A DNA stretch of 64,000 bases, from positions 74,032-138,031 of the forward strand of contig CAUTAF010000002.1 in assembly GCA_963536495.1 (NCBI GenBank), in the 5' to 3' direction. The stretch's first letter is position 1. The number at the start of each line of letters is the position of its first letter. Shown here piece by piece: positions 61,846-64,000 of this stretch. The translations under genes and the position numbers were made by a program. Source of the stretch: an uncultured Eubacteriales bacterium. GTDB lineage: Bacteria > Bacillota_I > Bacilli_A > RF39 > UBA660. The notes below the pieces were generated by a model. It worked only from the letters and a program-made list of their open reading frames with translations, did no database searches and had not been told where the DNA came from.

Positions 61846-63102
61846 CTATTCATCTAATATTTTTATATCTGCACCTATTTCAATAAGTTTGTTTTCTATT
61901 CCTTCATAACCTCTTAAAATATGTTCAGCATTTAGTATTCTAGTTTTACCTACAGCTGCAAGACCAGCAAGTAAAACTGCTGCTCCACCTCTTAAATCTG
62001 TAGCATGAACTTCTCTTCCTTTTAAATAAGTAGGTCCTGTTATATAAGCTTTATCTCCAACTACTGATATTTTAGCTCCCATCTTATTTAATTCTTCTAC
62101 ATGCATAAATCTATTTTCCCAAATAGTCTCTTCTATAGAAGAGACTCCATCTGCTTTTGTAAGAAGTGTAGATAAAGGTTGTTGAAGATCCGTAGGAAAA
62201 CCTGGATATATTAGAGTTTGAACATTTATAGGTTTTAAATTATTACTTTCATAAACAGTTATATAATCATCTCCTATATCTAATTTAATTTTCATTTCTT
62301 GTAATTTAGATACAAGAGAAGCTAAATGTTCTGGAATTATATTATATACTTTAAGTCTTTTAGTAGCTAAAGCTCCTAACATTAAATATGTACCAGCTTC
62401 TATTCTATCCGGAATAATTTCATCAAAACATCCCTCTAGTTCATCTACTCCTTCTATTTTAATAGTATGAGTACCTGCTCCTGTTATTTTACCACCCATA
62501 TTATTAATAAAAGTTGCAACATTTACTATTTCGGGTTCTTTTGCAGCGTTATGAATAATAGTTGTTCCTTTAGCAAGAGAAGATGCTAGCATAATATTAA
62601 TAGTTGCTCCTACACTTGCTATATCTAAATAAATATCTGCTCCCTTTAATTCTTCTGCTTCTATATAAAATATAGAATTATCATATCTTACAGTTGCTCC
62701 CATAGCTTCAAATGCTTTTAGATGTAAATCAATTGGTCTTTTACCAATATTACATCCTCCAGGAAAAGACATTTTTACTTTCTTAAACCTAGCTAAAAGC
62801 ACTCCCATAAAATAGTAAGATGCTCTTAATTTAGAAGAAAATTCATAAGATATTTCTTTATTTTGAACTTCACTAGCATCTATTGTCATAGTTTCGGTAT
62901 TTCTAGTTACCTTACAACCTAAATACTCTAAAATATTTACTAAATTATCAGTATCTGTAATATCTGGAACATTACATAATGTGCTAATATTTTTTGATGC
63001 TAATATAGTTGCTGGAATAAGTGCAACAGTTGCATTCTTAGCTCCACTTATTTTTATACTTCCCTCTAATTCTTTTCCACCATTTATTTCTATAACTTTC
63101 AT
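61846..63102 (-). CDS. murA: UDP-N-acetylglucosamine 1-carboxyvinyltransferase
   Basis: Full-length MurA; active-site Cys in FPGGCNIG. Confidence 0.95.
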   Translation of the reverse strand: MKVIEINGGKELEGSIKISGAKNATVALIPATILASKNISTLCNVPDITDTDNLVNILEYLGCKVTRNTETMTIDASEVQNKEISYEFSSKLRASYYFMGVLLARFKKVKMSFPGGCNIGKRPIDLHLKAFEAMGATVRYDNSIFYIEAEELKGADIYLDIASVGATINIMLASSLAKGTTIIHNAAKEPEIVNVATFINNMGGKITGAGTHTIKIEGVDELEGCFDEIIPDRIEAGTYLMLGALATKRLKVYNIIPEHLASLVSKLQEMKIKLDIGDDYITVYESNNLKPINVQTLIYPGFPTDLQQPLSTLLTKADGVSSIEETIWENRFMHVEELNKMGAKISVVGDKAYITGPTYLKGREVHATDLRGGAAVLLAGLAAVGKTRILNAEHILRGYEGIENKLIEIGADIKILDE

Positions 63103-63941
63103 TATGACTCCATTAATTTCAATTTATATTCTACTACATTTTTTAGATTTTCTTCACCGCTTGTTATTATTTTTCTTGGATCATAAACATCTTTTTTCTT
63201 TTCTATAAAATTTAATACTCCTTCATGCCATGCTTGTTGAAGTTCTGTATTAATATTTATTTTTGATATTCCTAATTTTATAGCTTCCTTTATTTTTTCA
63301 TCAGGTATACCACTTCCCCCATGTAAAACTAAAGGAATATTTAGATTCTTTTTTAATTTTTTTAAAAGTTCAAAATCTAGATTTGGTTCACCTTTATATA
63401 CTCCATGAACACTTCCAATAGCAGGTGCTAACATATCAATTCTTGTTTCTTTAACATACTTTATACAATCATCTAAAGATGCTACCAAGACACCATTTGT
63501 TATTCCATCTTCTGTTCCACCGATATGTCCAACTTCTCCTTCAACTGTAACATTTTTATTGTGAGCATAGTTAACTACTTCTTTGGTAATAGCTATATTT
63601 TCTTCTAAACTATATTTTGATGCATCTATCATAACTGATGAAAAACCTGCATCTATTGCTTTTTTACAACTTTCAAAACTTGATCCATGATCTAGATGTA
63701 AACATACATCTATAGATATATTTAAATCTTTTACTAAAGAATAAACTAAGTGAGCTACAACATTTACTCCACCCATATATTTTATAGCACCTTCACTAAC
63801 TCCAAGTATTACATCTTTATTTAATTCATTACATTTTTCTAATATAAACTTAGTCCATTCTAAATTATTAATATTAAAATGAGCTATACAAGTTTTATTA
63901 TCTCTTGCTTCTTTTAGCATTTTTTTTGCATTAACTATCAT
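63102..63941 (-). CDS. fba: class II fructose-bisphosphate aldolase
   Basis: HLDHG and HGGSG motifs. Confidence 0.9.
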   Translation of the reverse strand: MIVNAKKMLKEARDNKTCIAHFNINNLEWTKFILEKCNELNKDVILGVSEGAIKYMGGVNVVAHLVYSLVKDLNISIDVCLHLDHGSSFESCKKAIDAGFSSVMIDASKYSLEENIAITKEVVNYAHNKNVTVEGEVGHIGGTEDGITNGVLVASLDDCIKYVKETRIDMLAPAIGSVHGVYKGEPNLDFELLKKLKKNLNIPLVLHGGSGIPDEKIKEAIKLGISKININTELQQAWHEGVLNFIEKKKDVYDPRKIITSGEENLKNVVEYKLKLMES

Positions 63942-64000
63942 AGTAAATTCTCCCTTTTTATTTTAACATATTAAGAAATTTATTATAAGAAAATTACTAT

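Noticed and set aside
41072-63208. Plus-strand small ORFs 41072-41281, 44593-44775, 47223-47408, 52763-53089, 60242-60505 and 62981-63208
   Set aside because: Each lies antisense within a longer, better-supported minus-strand gene (membrane protein, cls, GNAT-ASCH, tagO, murA)
1-64000. CRISPR arrays, tRNA and rRNA genes
   Set aside because: No regularly spaced direct repeats and no tRNA-like T-arm or acceptor signatures noticed on either strand. Scanning by eye is imperfect, so tRNAscan-SE and a CRISPR finder should confirm.
1-64000. Possibility that the host reads TGA as Trp (code 4), suggested by the low GC and the TGA in the transposase fragment
   Set aside because: Long conserved genes (secA, uvrB, ftsH, lysS) are intact with TGA as stop, and RF2 with its UGA-dependent frameshift is present. 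Mollicutes using code 4 lack RF2.

Overview
This is a very AT-rich Firmicutes-type chromosomal window, roughly a quarter GC by eye. Translation table 11 applies: UGA is a stop, since RF2 (prfB) is present with its canonical UGA-dependent +1 frameshift site. Almost everything is encoded on the minus strand. No tRNA, rRNA or CRISPR array was found.

Conserved backbone genes:
- uvrB; ftsE-ftsX-M23 peptidase; prfB
- lysS-dusB-ftsH-tilS-divIC; rpsF-ssb-rpsR
- sigH-rlmB-mrnC-cysS-gltX; cls
- secA-hpf; tagO/wecA-rpiB-rpmE-murA-fba

Three accessory regions stand out:
1. A tightly packed 12-gene co-directional operon at about 17.5-30.0 kb, ending at a terminator at 17.48-17.51 kb. It encodes a nucleoside 2-deoxyribosyltransferase-like protein, a MazG-fusion protein, a radical SAM/SPASM enzyme, two DegT-family aminotransferases, a class I/II aminotransferase, two FemAB/Acetyltransf_6-like transferases, a GT-B-like protein, a PHP phosphoesterase, an APH(3')-like kinase and a terminal ABC-F ATPase. 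An IS3-like transposase fragment sits on its upstream side. I read it as a candidate biosynthetic or modification cluster for an aminosugar- or nucleoside-derived metabolite, carrying its own resistance-like genes.
2. A 47.9-53.5 kb island with three GNAT proteins (one fused to ASCH, one carrying an HExxH motif), an isochorismatase-like hydrolase, and a 432-aa protein carrying two Rx4H (HEPN-type) motifs.
3. An orphan 1035-aa Cys-rich protein (56.8-59.9 kb) with a type IV prepilin-like N-terminus.
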